A stretch of 64,000 nt of DNA from a virus. Taxonomy: Duplodnaviria; Heunggongvirae; Uroviricota; Caudoviricetes. The position numbers and the translations under genes are program-made. Positions 1 to 9,719 of this stretch are shown one piece after another. The first letter of the stretch is position 1. Every line of letters begins with the position of its first letter. The stretch covers positions 96,001 through 160,000 of IMG/VR virus record IMGVR_UViG_3300015615_000629; one strand, 5' to 3'. The notes under the pieces were generated by a model, which was not told where the DNA came from, did no database searches, and was given only the letters and a program-made list of their open reading frames with translations.

Positions 1-489
1 CAACATAAAGGCAATGAATACGTTTGGAGCGTCATCGTCATCTGATTCAGCCTTTGGCCCCAACACTTCGAAAATTCCCTTTATCGCCGGCCCAAATCCT
101 TCAATAGCACTCATCGTGTTGTGAACCTGTGCAAAAGTATTATAGGCTGCTACGCCGTAATTGAGAACCCCTCCATTTCGATAGGCTACCGCCCAACTAT
201 CAATAGTAATCATCAAGCCAGAAAATAAGAGCCCAGGAACCAGCAGAACATAACCGACCTCGAATGAAAACACCATGTATTTTTCATTCAAAAACCCTAA
301 AGAATGGGCACCAAAAACCAAAGCAATTAGATAGCACCAGCTAAAGCCGGTAGCACTCATAATCGCTCCCATCCAATTCATAAAGTGCTGCCAGCCGCCC
401 GCACTTTTGGTTTCAGCCCATGCTTTGCCACAAGCAAAGGCGTTCCAAGCAGAAATTGCAAGATTAAGAATGAAAATGAAGATTAGCAT
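1..489 (-). CDS. Membrane protein, runs off the left edge of the window
   Basis: ATG at 489; open frame MLIFIFILNLAISAWNAFACG... with several hydrophobic segments. Confidence 0.6.
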   Translation of the reverse strand, partial: MLIFIFILNLAISAWNAFACGKAWAETKSAGGWQHFMNWMGAIMSATGFSWCYLIALVFGAHSLGFLNEKYMVFSFEVGYVLLVPGLLFSGLMITIDSWAVAYRNGGVLNYGVAAYNTFAQVHNTMSAIEGFGPAIKGIFEVLGPKAESDDDDAPNVFIAFML

Positions 490-491
490 TA

Positions 492-968
492 TTATCCCTT
501 AATGATTACGATGTCGTCTTGGAATTTGATTTCTTTAACAAAGAGACTGAAATCTCTTGTTGTTCGTTTTTCTTTAAGAGAATTGCAATAGAATTTGATT
601 CCCTTGCGTTTGGCGGACAATTCATCAGCCGCTTTCACAATAATTTCAACCGAATCGCCTTTGAGATCGACAAAATTAAGAAGAAATACTTTATCGGGTT
701 CTACTACTTTTGCAAGGGGAGCATAAGGAGCAAATTGGTACGGTGTGTCCAATAAAGCGTTTATTTCGTCTACATTTTGGAATTCTGCTGCTTCATTGGC
801 AAGTTCATAATAGTTTAAGCCCAAATCAACCGCTAGATTGATAAGGTTTTCTACGTATTTGTTTGCGGATACTTCCGATGGGTTCAACACGCCAGGAGGA
901 TCGTCTAACAAGTCCTCAATCGCTTTAACAAGGGCGATTCGGCAAAATTCACGTGTTTCAGGTTTCAT
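492..968 (-). CDS. Hypothetical protein
   Basis: 158-aa ORF in the packed minus-strand gene run. Confidence 0.6.
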   Translation of the reverse strand: MKPETREFCRIALVKAIEDLLDDPPGVLNPSEVSANKYVENLINLAVDLGLNYYELANEAAEFQNVDEINALLDTPYQFAPYAPLAKVVEPDKVFLLNFVDLKGDSVEIIVKAADELSAKRKGIKFYCNSLKEKRTTRDFSLFVKEIKFQDDIVIIKG

Positions 969-1437
969 TTGTCAGGACCGGCTTGTACTGAGAAAGCACA
1001 GTGTTAAATTTTTCATATGGAGCAACTAATTTAGTATTAAATCTATTTCTTTCTCCATCATCTGTGTATTTGAACGAATGTTCAAATTTCGTGGCCCAAT
1101 AAGAATTAATACAGTTTTCAACAGCCTCTTCTATTGTGCTGCCGCCGCGAATCATATTGCCAAAACACACCAAATAACCATTAGGAATTGCCGTCGGTGT
1201 ATATTCTTTTCCGTCTACAATCACGTTGACATACATTGAAGTGATTTGGGAATATTTGCCCGGCCGGTAGAATAGGTAAAACAGAAGATCTGGAACATGA
1301 ATAAATTCGCTTTGAGGCCATTCATCAAAACCAAATTGCTCTAGTAAAATTGTCCTTTTGTGTGCCGGAACCCATACTTTGGCCAACTTATATCCGTGCT
1401 GGTGAGGGTGTATGGGTTCAAATAGTTCTATTCTCAT
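958..1437 (-). CDS. E2-like (Prok-E2_D-like) paralogue 1
   Basis: Family motifs RTIL...VPDLLF...GYLVCFG...INSYWATKFEH. Confidence 0.6.
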   Translation of the reverse strand: MRIELFEPIHPHQHGYKLAKVWVPAHKRTILLEQFGFDEWPQSEFIHVPDLLFYLFYRPGKYSQITSMYVNVIVDGKEYTPTAIPNGYLVCFGNMIRGGSTIEEAVENCINSYWATKFEHSFKYTDDGERNRFNTKLVAPYEKFNTVLSQYKPVLTNET

Positions 1438-2532
1438 TCAGAACTCCTTATAGATGCCCAAATCTCTTGGCTCATCTGAGTTTATTTCATCCTTTATTTT
1501 CTTATCTTTAGCTTCGTAAACCTTGATAGTCGCTTCAAGAGCCTCAGTTAAGACGGCCAAATTTTTCTTTTTGAATTTCTTGCTTTTCTTAAGCAATCCC
1601 ATAATGTCGTCACGAATATGTTTGTATTGTCCGATATTTTCTGAGGCGAAATCGATGATCGTTAAAAGACGATTCATCAGATGATTCAAATCTTTTTTCT
1701 TAGCAGATTTAACAAGGTTTAAATGAATTTCAGATAGTTCCTTAACGGATCTATCCATAGGTATTCCTAAATAAGGGCCTTCCTTATCAGCAAGAATTGT
1801 GCCAATATCTCTGTCTTCGTCGTTCTTATAATGATAATACTCATCATCAAACAGGAGAACGCAAATCCTGTGTAAAATATACGCTTTGGTGAATTCTGGA
1901 TTGTCCACCATAATTGAAAAACATTCGCCCTGTAATGTGCTGATTTTCTTATCAAGATTCAAATAACTTTTAGAAAGTTTGTCTTTGTATCGACGCAGAT
2001 AATAAGTTGTAGTTTCTAATTCGCTAAAAATACGATAAACTAAAGAAAGTGCTCTCCCTTCATAACATCGTTCCAAGAGCCTTGGAATGCTTAATCCTGC
2101 ATCTAGGAAGTTATGCGAATCCATCGGGCGTTCTTCCTGGGTAGAAAATTCCTCTGCTTCGTATGCTAATTTTGGAGCATGTCGTTTTAAAGCAAGTGCC
2201 CAAAGTCCGTTGTCGCTAGCTCTGATAACATTTGTCGAGTCAGAACCAATAATCCAATGTACTCCATTGGATTTAGAACCAATCAAATCATGCCAAATGT
2301 TTTTCAGATTAGACAATATTCGGATTAGATTTCTGGAAAAATATCCTGCTTTCTTCCGCTCTTCGGCCAACTCCTTATAGAGTTTATTTAGCCTATAAAC
2401 AGAAAATGTCATGCCGCCGAGACGTTCTTCGTCCGAGAGTCCCATTACCAATTCCTGTAAAGTCTTAGTTGGCCTTCGGATAAAACATACTCGCCGTGTC
2501 CATAATCTGTATGTTCGACTCGACCAAGGCAA
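1438..2532 (-). CDS. Hypothetical helical protein (probable true start MGLSDEE at 2445)
   Basis: Long ORF; the internal ATG abuts the stop of the upstream gene. Confidence 0.55.
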   Translation of the reverse strand: MPWSSRTYRLWTRRVCFIRRPTKTLQELVMGLSDEERLGGMTFSVYRLNKLYKELAEERKKAGYFSRNLIRILSNLKNIWHDLIGSKSNGVHWIIGSDSTNVIRASDNGLWALALKRHAPKLAYEAEEFSTQEERPMDSHNFLDAGLSIPRLLERCYEGRALSLVYRIFSELETTTYYLRRYKDKLSKSYLNLDKKISTLQGECFSIMVDNPEFTKAYILHRICVLLFDDEYYHYKNDEDRDIGTILADKEGPYLGIPMDRSVKELSEIHLNLVKSAKKKDLNHLMNRLLTIIDFASENIGQYKHIRDDIMGLLKKSKKFKKKNLAVLTEALEATIKVYEAKDKKIKDEINSDEPRDLGIYKEF

Positions 2533-2861
2533 TAAACGGAGTTATCTTTCAAAATAAGAATTGGTGTTAGTCCACCTTCGCCGCGAAAATCCCCGGCTGT
2601 AGTGTGTTGAGCACATTCGTATCGAAACGGACAGTCTGTTGATTCGCAATTAATGCCGCCATATTTGTTGGTTTCTAATTCAATATGGTTGCCACCAATT
2701 GCTTTAGAAAAGTATTGGCGGAAATATCTGGCCTCATCATCATCCAATTCCCATTCCGCCGAAAGACGTTGGATTTCCAATAAAACATCTGTGTCCGGAG
2801 CAATCCTTAAAGTTTGCTCCAACGCCTCGACAAGGGGTTTCATTTTCCTGTCAATGTTCAT
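2445..2861 (-). CDS. Hypothetical protein with Cys cluster
   Basis: CESTDCPFRYEC motif; overlaps neighbours as in an operon. Confidence 0.55.
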   Translation of the reverse strand: MNIDRKMKPLVEALEQTLRIAPDTDVLLEIQRLSAEWELDDDEARYFRQYFSKAIGGNHIELETNKYGGINCESTDCPFRYECAQHTTAGDFRGEGGLTPILILKDNSVYCLGRVEHTDYGHGEYVLSEGQLRLYRNW

Positions 2862-3234
2862 TTTTAATCAACTTGCCAAATTTGATAGTAACCGTGCGTT
2901 CCATATGTCCAACAACAGTAAAGTTTTCCAAATTGGAAGAATAATAATGGGCGTCTTGAACGAAAGTAATTTTCTCGCCCATTGGGTTGTAGGTGTTATT
3001 TGGATTAAGTCTTTGAACCGTTACGTGCCAAACATCTGGATAGACATCCATCGATTGGGCTCGACCGCCACCTGCGAATTCTGCTTCTACAACAAGCCAT
3101 TTGGCGGTTCCACGGCTAGCAGACTTTTTTATCAAATCATATTTGTTAATTTGATAGGATTTAACGCCGACTCGGCTAATGCGATCAGAGAAAGCCGGCG
3201 AAGTGATTACGTCACCAATTTGGAGTAGTTTCAT
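2851..3234 (-). CDS. Hypothetical protein
   Basis: 127-aa ORF coupled to neighbours. Confidence 0.55.
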   Translation of the reverse strand: MKLLQIGDVITSPAFSDRISRVGVKSYQINKYDLIKKSASRGTAKWLVVEAEFAGGGRAQSMDVYPDVWHVTVQRLNPNNTYNPMGEKITFVQDAHYYSSNLENFTVVGHMERTVTIKFGKLIKNEH

Positions 3235-3554
3235 GATTTTTTACCTACAAGAGTGTACCCCGAAGCAACGGGTATTTCGCCGCCGTGGGTTTCAAAAATA
3301 CAACTCAAACATAAACTTCTCATTTCATCTTCGTCGAGTTTGGTTGGCTTTCCATCGTCATCATTAGCATGAAATAAACCATCTTTATAAACTACTTCCG
3401 TTTCAAATTTCATAAGTGTGGGCACATCCATCTCTTCGCCCATTATATCTTTATTGTAAACAATTCCGCCCACACCATTTTCGACAATTAGGCTATAGGT
3501 CTCATTGATTATGAGGACAGTAAAGCCCTCTTGGACAAACAAAAGATCGCTCAT
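3231..3554 (-). CDS. Hypothetical protein
   Basis: 107-aa ORF, ATGA overlap with the next gene. Confidence 0.55.
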   Translation of the reverse strand: MSDLLFVQEGFTVLIINETYSLIVENGVGGIVYNKDIMGEEMDVPTLMKFETEVVYKDGLFHANDDDGKPTKLDEDEMRSLCLSCIFETHGGEIPVASGYTLVGKKS

Positions 3555-3583
3555 TTGTTGTTTTGTAAACTATCTGGAGGTTA

Positions 3584-4495
3584 TTAAGAACTTGAGCACG
3601 TTATCTTCTTTTCGTATTCTCTCTTGGCGATGATAGCCTCTTCTTTAGTATCGAATCGTCCAAGGAACTTACGCTTCCAATGTGCCATCCACTTATTTCT
3701 CTCTTTATCAAAAGAGATATAAGTTTCACCCGATGTATTGCTACACGCTACAGTAAATTTTCTGCCGACATTGGACCTTTTACCACGCAAAATGTCGGAA
3801 ACAGAACTAATAGAGCATCCTAATTTGCCGGCAATTTGGCTTAAATTATTCCCTTCATCAAACATAAGTGGAATAGATTCGATTTGTTCCCGAGTGAGGA
3901 ACTTCGTTTTTGATTCTCTATATTTCAGTTTATAGGTGAAGCAATTAAATGCTATGTGCGGCTTAACCAATTCTATAAAGTCGAAGTAACAACAAGCACG
4001 CACGTTGATTACATTTTGATTGTCGAAATACGATTTTATCCCAAATGTCTCTAACTTGGCAACCAATATTTCGCAATCCTGTGCGGAGAAACAGTAAGTT
4101 GCGAGTTTACACGAACGATTATCTACACAGTTGCTGCCATCGTCACAATACCAAATAGCAATAGACAAAGGATCTAATTTTACATTTGGTGGAACGATTT
4201 TTGTTCCCGCAGGATACCACATTTTTCTCAAATCGGCGAAATAATGATAACTTTTAGTGGTAAATACAGACTTTAAGTATCTCTTACCTTCTGCGAAGTT
4301 TTCGTAAGTACGAACACTAGAAGAAAAAGGCTGTAATTCTGCGTGAGTCCACTCCAGATATTCTATCCGACGAGCCGTTTGCGACTTGCTAAAATACGAT
4401 TTACCATATCTTATCTTGCTGATACTGCCATCGCCTAAAAGTGAACCGATTATAATAGACTTTTGCTGTGTAGAAAGTAAAAGGTCGTTTATCAT
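3584..4495 (-). CDS. Free-standing LAGLIDADG homing endonuclease with C-terminal HTH and AP2-like domains
   Basis: IIIGSLLGDGSI and IAIWYCDDGS motifs; LSQIAGKLGCSISSVSDIL helix-turn-helix; NTSG...KW.A....FLGRFDTKEEA AP2-like tail. Confidence 0.85.
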   Translation of the reverse strand: MINDLLLSTQQKSIIIGSLLGDGSISKIRYGKSYFSKSQTARRIEYLEWTHAELQPFSSSVRTYENFAEGKRYLKSVFTTKSYHYFADLRKMWYPAGTKIVPPNVKLDPLSIAIWYCDDGSNCVDNRSCKLATYCFSAQDCEILVAKLETFGIKSYFDNQNVINVRACCYFDFIELVKPHIAFNCFTYKLKYRESKTKFLTREQIESIPLMFDEGNNLSQIAGKLGCSISSVSDILRGKRSNVGRKFTVACSNTSGETYISFDKERNKWMAHWKRKFLGRFDTKEEAIIAKREYEKKITCSSS

Positions 4496-4531
4496 ACACT
4501 ATATGAGTATGATAAACGACCTTTTTACAAA

Positions 4532-5146
4532 TCAATCTTGTAAAGGAACGCTCCAGTAAATCTCCGAGAGGAACGCTTCCCAAGTCTTGGGAATAGTAAT
4601 CCTATCGCCTTTGAACAGCGAGAATGAAGGCTTAGTCGGCTTCTTAAGCAACTTCATTTTAGCCTGTTCTGGAGTTCTGTCTGCTTTACGATGGTTGCAC
4701 TTCGTACATGCAAGTACACAGTTTTCCCAAGTGGTCAAACCGCCCAATGCACGCGGAGTAACGTGGTCAATGGACAATTCAGCCGGCCCTGGCTGGCCAC
4801 CGCAATACATGCAAGTGTAGTTGTCACGCTTGTAAATCGAACGACGACTAAAATTGACTCGCGGACGAGGCAATCTGTCATATTCGGTTAACAAAATGAC
4901 TTCTGGAAGTCTATATTCGCGGGAAAACCCACGAATCACAGGCTCGCCATCTTTCGGCAAAACTTTAGACCAATCGGCCCAAGTGTACGTAGTAAATTCT
5001 TGGCTAGGATCAATAATCCTAGCTTTCGGTTCACCGCTTGCCGTAGTATTAGCCAATAATGTAATGGCACGCTGCATCGTCGCTACCCCGACGGCAGTCC
5101 ATAACTTGTTGAGTACCAAAACCTTATGCCTGTTCTTCAAAGTCAT
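4532..5146 (-). CDS. HNH endonuclease (McrA-like)
   Basis: RDNYTCMYCG...SIDHVTPRALGG.TTWENCVLAC..CN.RK. Confidence 0.9.
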   Translation of the reverse strand: MTLKNRHKVLVLNKLWTAVGVATMQRAITLLANTTASGEPKARIIDPSQEFTTYTWADWSKVLPKDGEPVIRGFSREYRLPEVILLTEYDRLPRPRVNFSRRSIYKRDNYTCMYCGGQPGPAELSIDHVTPRALGGLTTWENCVLACTKCNHRKADRTPEQAKMKLLKKPTKPSFSLFKGDRITIPKTWEAFLSEIYWSVPLQD

Positions 5147-5193
5147 TTTGTCACCTTCTATCTAGGCAAAACCTGCCATAGAATTTCCTTTCT

Positions 5194-5793
5194 TTATTTA
5201 GCTTTCTTTCCCAGAAGATTATCGAAAATTGCCGTCAATCCTTCGGTTAATTCTTCATCCGTAATATTTTTCAAACTTTCTTCGTCCTCAAGTTGCCAAT
5301 CCCATTTCAATTCTTTTGGCATATCCTTGCAGCAATCTTCACACCACCAATTTCCTTCTTTATCAGAAGAATGGTAAGTGTTTTTGCCGCATTTACAACA
5401 AACCTCGGACGGTTCAAAAACCATCTGGCTCAAACCACATGTTTTGCAGAAACCCAAACCGTTCTTATAATTTCGGCGGTCGAAATTCTCCGGATTCTCG
5501 TGATCTGCTTTGCAGGCTAGGATTCTCTGGTACTTCTTCCAACAAGACGCCTCTGCCTCGGCAATGGTTCGCCCTTCACCCCGCAAAAAAGTGTCAGGCG
5601 TTCGCGGAAATGCCTCGAAAAAGGCGTTTCTTGACGGAACACTGAAATCGCCGCACTGAACAAAGCAATTATCCGGCCAAGAGTTTTGGCAAGTGTACCA
5701 ATCCTCGTCGGAAAACGAGCCAGTTGGAGCCAAGCGATTGCCAGATTCGTCTTTCCTTAACTTTTGGCGTTCTTCTTGGGTCAAGAAGCCCAT
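5194..5793 (-). CDS. Cys-rich (Zn-binding) hypothetical protein
   Basis: Several CxxC pairs (CKTC, CCKC, CEDC). Confidence 0.6.
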   Translation of the reverse strand: MGFLTQEERQKLRKDESGNRLAPTGSFSDEDWYTCQNSWPDNCFVQCGDFSVPSRNAFFEAFPRTPDTFLRGEGRTIAEAEASCWKKYQRILACKADHENPENFDRRNYKNGLGFCKTCGLSQMVFEPSEVCCKCGKNTYHSSDKEGNWWCEDCCKDMPKELKWDWQLEDEESLKNITDEELTEGLTAIFDNLLGKKAK

Positions 5794-5796
5794 TTT

Positions 5797-6051
5797 TTAC
5801 TTTCTTACAGTGGGGAATTTAGTCCGACCCTCAATATAGGAATTTGCAACCCGTTTGACAAGCGGCTGTTTGCTCAAATACTCGGAAAAGTGCTTTTCCT
5901 TGCCGGCCGGCACTTCTACCGCCCAGCGATCCACTAAAGTTGATACCTGAAAGCCATCTAGGTTGTTATCAACCAGAAATCTTAAAATCTCTTGATACGT
6001 ACTTTCACGAAATGTTACAAACAGGGTGCCTTTTGGTTTCTTTTCAGCCAT
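5797..6051 (-). CDS. Hypothetical protein
   Basis: 84-aa ORF with AAGG RBS. Confidence 0.55.
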   Translation of the reverse strand: MAEKKPKGTLFVTFRESTYQEILRFLVDNNLDGFQVSTLVDRWAVEVPAGKEKHFSEYLSKQPLVKRVANSYIEGRTKFPTVRK

Positions 6052-6076
6052 ATTTACCTTTGAATAAATCCTAAAA

Positions 6077-6191
6077 TGAACTATCCCACGTTGGAATTTC
6101 CTGCTTCGCTTACAGTTGCCTTTTGTCTATAATGACAAAATAAGTCTTACACCATATCCACAGGCTTTTTATTTCCGGTCGTTCCGACCTA
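6077..6191 (-). ncRNA. Orphan IS200/IS605 right-end / TnpB omegaRNA-like sequence
   Basis: Minus strand GGTCGGAACGACC..AAAGCCTGTGGA..TGTAAGAC..hairpin..GAAGCAGGAAATTCCAACGTGGGATAGTTCA; same layout as the 3' end of the tnpB at 57625-57730. Confidence 0.6.
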
Positions 6192-6227
6192 GAAGATAAT
6201 CTAATCTAGTATAAAATACTCAAAACG

Positions 6228-6815
6228 TCAAGTTAAGTATCGAAATAAATCTACGAGAAATGATTTTAAAAACATAACAATCGCCGCAATTGTTACAAGA
6301 TCAGCCAAGTTAGAATCCTTAAAATCTACCAATTCTAAGGAAAACGAGTTATGCGTTGGTTGTTCTATCACCGTTTTAGTATGAAAAAATTGATTGAATT
6401 CACTTGTCCAAAACCTATTAATTAGGTAAAGATCGAACTTGCTTCTAAAAAAGAAGAAATAAAATTTTGGCAAATCAAATAAGCAAACAACCTTGCAGTC
6501 GGTAAGAATGTTATTGAAATACACTCTAGATTTTAGATCGGTTATCTTGTTGTCTGAAAAAGCCGTTTGAAGAACCGACATAAACTTGTAAAAGCCAAAA
6601 GTTAGCCAAACGATCTTTTTTGCTCTAATCACATAAGCGATATTTGGCACTTCTACTATATTAGTGGCCCGATAGGCGGTGCGTGACCCTTCTGCGTGGC
6701 CACAAACTGTTCTTGTCTTTGGCGGCTCTGTCCAGAAAGTTGTTACAGTGCCAAATGCTCCTAACGTGAAATAATTAACCAAGTTACGTTTGGTTGCTAT
6801 CCTTTTGACTTTCAT
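6228..6815 (-). CDS. E2-like paralogue 2 with C-terminal hydrophobic helix
   Basis: EPPKTRTV...VPNIAY...NNILTDCKVVCLF...INRFWTSEF; hydrophobic tail. Confidence 0.55.
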   Translation of the reverse strand: MKVKRIATKRNLVNYFTLGAFGTVTTFWTEPPKTRTVCGHAEGSRTAYRATNIVEVPNIAYVIRAKKIVWLTFGFYKFMSVLQTAFSDNKITDLKSRVYFNNILTDCKVVCLFDLPKFYFFFFRSKFDLYLINRFWTSEFNQFFHTKTVIEQPTHNSFSLELVDFKDSNLADLVTIAAIVMFLKSFLVDLFRYLT

Positions 6816-7396
6816 TAAGATAACCAGTATTTAATTGCTAAAACAATAGTTAAAATAATTGAAAACAATACAAAAACTAGTTTTTCTACACACTTTTGGT
6901 TCAAACTAGTTAATATTGTCGCAGAATCAAGTTCTTGTTGAGTTAGGTTTGTCGGCCGTGTGCCAAAGCAAAAATGTGTTGTCCAAAAGTGGTTTATCAA
7001 ATACCTGTCCAGATTTTTTCTGTAAAAATAAAAATAATTAATACCCCTATCTGACAAACAGACATCTCCTGCTTCTGTGTAATTAACACCGAAATGGCAA
7101 AGACCGTCCATAGCGTTTAAACTAACCGATAGCGGCCAAAAGCCCGCATAGAACCAAAAAACCCTAACGGCCTTTATGGTAAAGTTAATTTCTGGCACAT
7201 CTTTGGCAAAATATCGTCCGAATCCATCGTGTAAAGTTCTTGTTTTTTCCGGTTCCGTCCAGAAAGTAGTTACACTGCCAAAGGCCCCCAACGTCAAATA
7301 GTATAAAATACTACGTTTAGAACCAATGTACCTAACAGACCTTGACCGACGTTGAACCGCCCGTTTGGTACGATTTCGAGCCACCAGTTGTAACAT
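6815..7396 (-). CDS. E2-like paralogue 3 with C-terminal TM helix
   Basis: EPEKTRTL...VPEINF...AGDVCLS...INHFWTTHF; LVFVLFSIILTIVLAI tail; tandem duplicate of 6228-6815. Confidence 0.55.
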   Translation of the reverse strand: MLQLVARNRTKRAVQRRSRSVRYIGSKRSILYYLTLGAFGSVTTFWTEPEKTRTLHDGFGRYFAKDVPEINFTIKAVRVFWFYAGFWPLSVSLNAMDGLCHFGVNYTEAGDVCLSDRGINYFYFYRKNLDRYLINHFWTTHFCFGTRPTNLTQQELDSATILTSLNQKCVEKLVFVLFSIILTIVLAIKYWLS

Positions 7397-7541
7397 TTGT
7401 TACACAACCTCTTTTTGGAGGGGTAGAAGGGGTTGATGGCGTGTCTTCTCCACAACCACCACAACCGCCGCATTGATTTTTGGGCTTCCAAGAGCCATTA
7501 GACATCCCTGGCCCACGCCCTGTTACTGATGTTGCCGCCAT
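7332..7541 (-). CDS. Small Gly/Cys/Thr-rich protein, probably late
   Basis: MAATSVTGRG...CGGCGGCG; TATATA box 5 nt before the ATG. Confidence 0.45.
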   Translation of the reverse strand: MAATSVTGRGPGMSNGSWKPKNQCGGCGGCGEDTPSTPSTPPKRGCVTNVTTGGSKSYQTGGSTSVKVC

Positions 7542-7606
7542 GCAACTATATATCGTTAATAATATTCCCGGCAAACTCCATTAATTTGTTCAAAAAGTCC
7601 AACTTA

Positions 7607-7876
7607 TTAGTATTCCTTTTTGATTTCTGGATGGGTATTGATAATGCCTTCCGTATTGGCTGTAATAAAGTAGCTGTGACGAATAGTTTGCGGATCGCCG
7701 CACCAGACATTAACTCGAAAGTGATTATCCCACAAAAGAATACAATCAACTTTACGAAGATCCTTGGGTTTTCCAAGACGTTCACTAACGCATTTGGAAA
7801 CCATATCTGGATTGATCTTTGGTTCGGCAGGCTTCTTTTCCTTGGTTTCCTTCTCTTTTTCCTTAGTAGCAGGCAT
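7607..7876 (-). CDS. Hypothetical protein
   Basis: 89-aa ORF with AAGGA RBS. Confidence 0.6.
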   Translation of the reverse strand: MPATKEKEKETKEKKPAEPKINPDMVSKCVSERLGKPKDLRKVDCILLWDNHFRVNVWCGDPQTIRHSYFITANTEGIINTHPEIKKEY

Positions 7877-7895
7877 TATGATTCCTTTTTAAGTC

Positions 7896-8357
7896 CTAAC
7901 GGACTGCTGGGGAAATTCTTCCAACTTTGACAGACTTGATTTCGACGCCTTTGCAGCCTTCGTAAGCAGTTGGAATATCCTTTACTTTTATTCCCTTTCT
8001 AAATTTTTCGAAATATACATGATATTCGGTTGGGGATGCAACACCAATCGCTTGCACCTTACCAAATTGGCTAAAATAATCCCGCATTGCTAGCGTTGTA
8101 TCGCGGCTTTCCGTATTCTCAATTTTGGTTGTGCTAGTAGACAAAAACGAAGGTCTTGCTTCCGGAGCACCAATAAATCCAATCTGTTGGCCGGTTTTCT
8201 TGCTGAATCGACAACCATCCACCCGAATATAAGACTTTGTCACAGATTGAACAATAGCGTTTCTCGAACCAGCATATCCAATAACTGTAATCTTGTCGCC
8301 AGCCTTGAGATGTTCGAAATTGCCGTAAATTATCTTAACCATTTCCGTATTCTCCAT
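7896..8357 (-). CDS. Hypothetical protein
   Basis: 153-aa ORF in operon. Confidence 0.55.
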   Translation of the reverse strand: MENTEMVKIIYGNFEHLKAGDKITVIGYAGSRNAIVQSVTKSYIRVDGCRFSKKTGQQIGFIGAPEARPSFLSTSTTKIENTESRDTTLAMRDYFSQFGKVQAIGVASPTEYHVYFEKFRKGIKVKDIPTAYEGCKGVEIKSVKVGRISPAVR

Positions 8358-9144
8358 CGATTGTTCTAAGTTTTTCCAATAGGGCCTCGTGGCCAGCTAA
8401 TTTTTCTCGATGATTTTCAACAAGTTCTGTAAACCCTTTTACATCATATGCAGGAACTTTGGTTGTTTTACCATTCAGCCAAAGCACAGTAATCGCTCTA
8501 TGCGAGTTGTTGCCGGCGTGCTGACCCTTGTTAAGCGGATCGTGAACAACAACGCCTGGGTTTTCAGGTTCGAGGGCGAGATAAACTTTTCGTCCTGCCA
8601 AATTACCATCAGCGAAAATCTTATTATATCCGTTTTCTCTTTCTTCAATTAAAATATCGATTACTTCTTCCGGCGTGCGGTTTAATTTATCGGCTTTCCA
8701 GTTGTTTTCTTTGTAATATTCTACAATCGCCTCTTTCAAATCCTTTATCTTTTCAAGTTTAACAGGATAGTCATCGGTAAATAAATGAGCAGCAATTAAC
8801 TCAATCTTTCCAAGAGCCATTGCAGACTTAAAGAAACTTTCAGAATTATCGTAATCATAATAGTCTAAATCGGCGGCGGCCCATAATTCAGCCAATAATT
8901 TAGTAGAAACCTCTACTTTTTCTTCTTTTTTAACAGCTGCTTCTTTAATAGAATTCAATATCTTGAGAACTTCGTCCTGAATCTTTCGAACTTTTAGTTC
9001 TGCTTTGGATTGTTTGGAAACCACTTCGTCGAAAATATCTGCTACATGGACGCATTTAGGACAACAAAAAGGTGTCTCCCAATCCTTGGAATCCTCAGCG
9101 GCAAAAAATCTTCGGCCGCAAACTTCACAACCAGGATTGGCCAT
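8335..9144 (-). CDS. Hypothetical protein with N-terminal Zn finger
   Basis: CEVCG...FCCPKC. Confidence 0.6.
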   Translation of the reverse strand: MANPGCEVCGRRFFAAEDSKDWETPFCCPKCVHVADIFDEVVSKQSKAELKVRKIQDEVLKILNSIKEAAVKKEEKVEVSTKLLAELWAAADLDYYDYDNSESFFKSAMALGKIELIAAHLFTDDYPVKLEKIKDLKEAIVEYYKENNWKADKLNRTPEEVIDILIEERENGYNKIFADGNLAGRKVYLALEPENPGVVVHDPLNKGQHAGNNSHRAITVLWLNGKTTKVPAYDVKGFTELVENHREKLAGHEALLEKLRTIDGEYGNG

Positions 9145-9308
9145 CTTAAAGGCTCTTGGGGTTTTGTGCTATTGGGGCTGGTCTTGGGGGACATTGAGAT
9201 ATTGGGTTGCCCTTACAACGCGGACATATTCTTAAACCAAACAAAACACGACCAACATCATAACAACGATTACAGTAAAAATTCTGCCCGCCTTTATGTA
9301 TTTTAGAT

Positions 9309-9704
9309 TCAGTTATCATCGTTTTTGGGTTGAACATTGATAATGGCAGGATTTAAAACGCCACCAGATTCATTTGCAATTTCGCCTTCATTATGAATCT
9401 GTGTGGCTAGATTGTGATATCTACGCAATTTTTCGCCATGCAACCAAACATGAGCAAGAATTTTCACGGCACAACCGTACATAAAACCGGTAATTCCTTC
9501 GTCATCGGCAGCACGGCCAGCGTTATCGATACATTGTTCTATGGTCTCGCCGGCATCAAGGGCTGCTTCCATTCTGGTTGCCCACTCGCTGCAAAAGCGA
9601 ATTACAGCATCGCCGTAAGGGTCTTGATTGTTTTCTACAGATTTTGCCCAATCGGCTTCGCCATTGGGTTCAACAAACTTCATCGCCGGGGAATGAACTT
9701 TCAT
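9309..9704 (-). CDS. Hypothetical phage protein
   Basis: 131-aa ORF with AAGGA RBS; GITGFMYGCAV..L...W.HGE. Confidence 0.6.
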   Translation of the reverse strand: MKVHSPAMKFVEPNGEADWAKSVENNQDPYGDAVIRFCSEWATRMEAALDAGETIEQCIDNAGRAADDEGITGFMYGCAVKILAHVWLHGEKLRRYHNLATQIHNEGEIANESGGVLNPAIINVQPKNDDN

Positions 9705-9719
9705 GTTTGTTCCTTTAAG

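Noticed and set aside
3555-4531. Group I intron or intein hosting the LAGLIDADG ORF
   Set aside because: Flanking ORFs look complete, the spacers are too short for a ribozyme core, and there are no intein terminal motifs.
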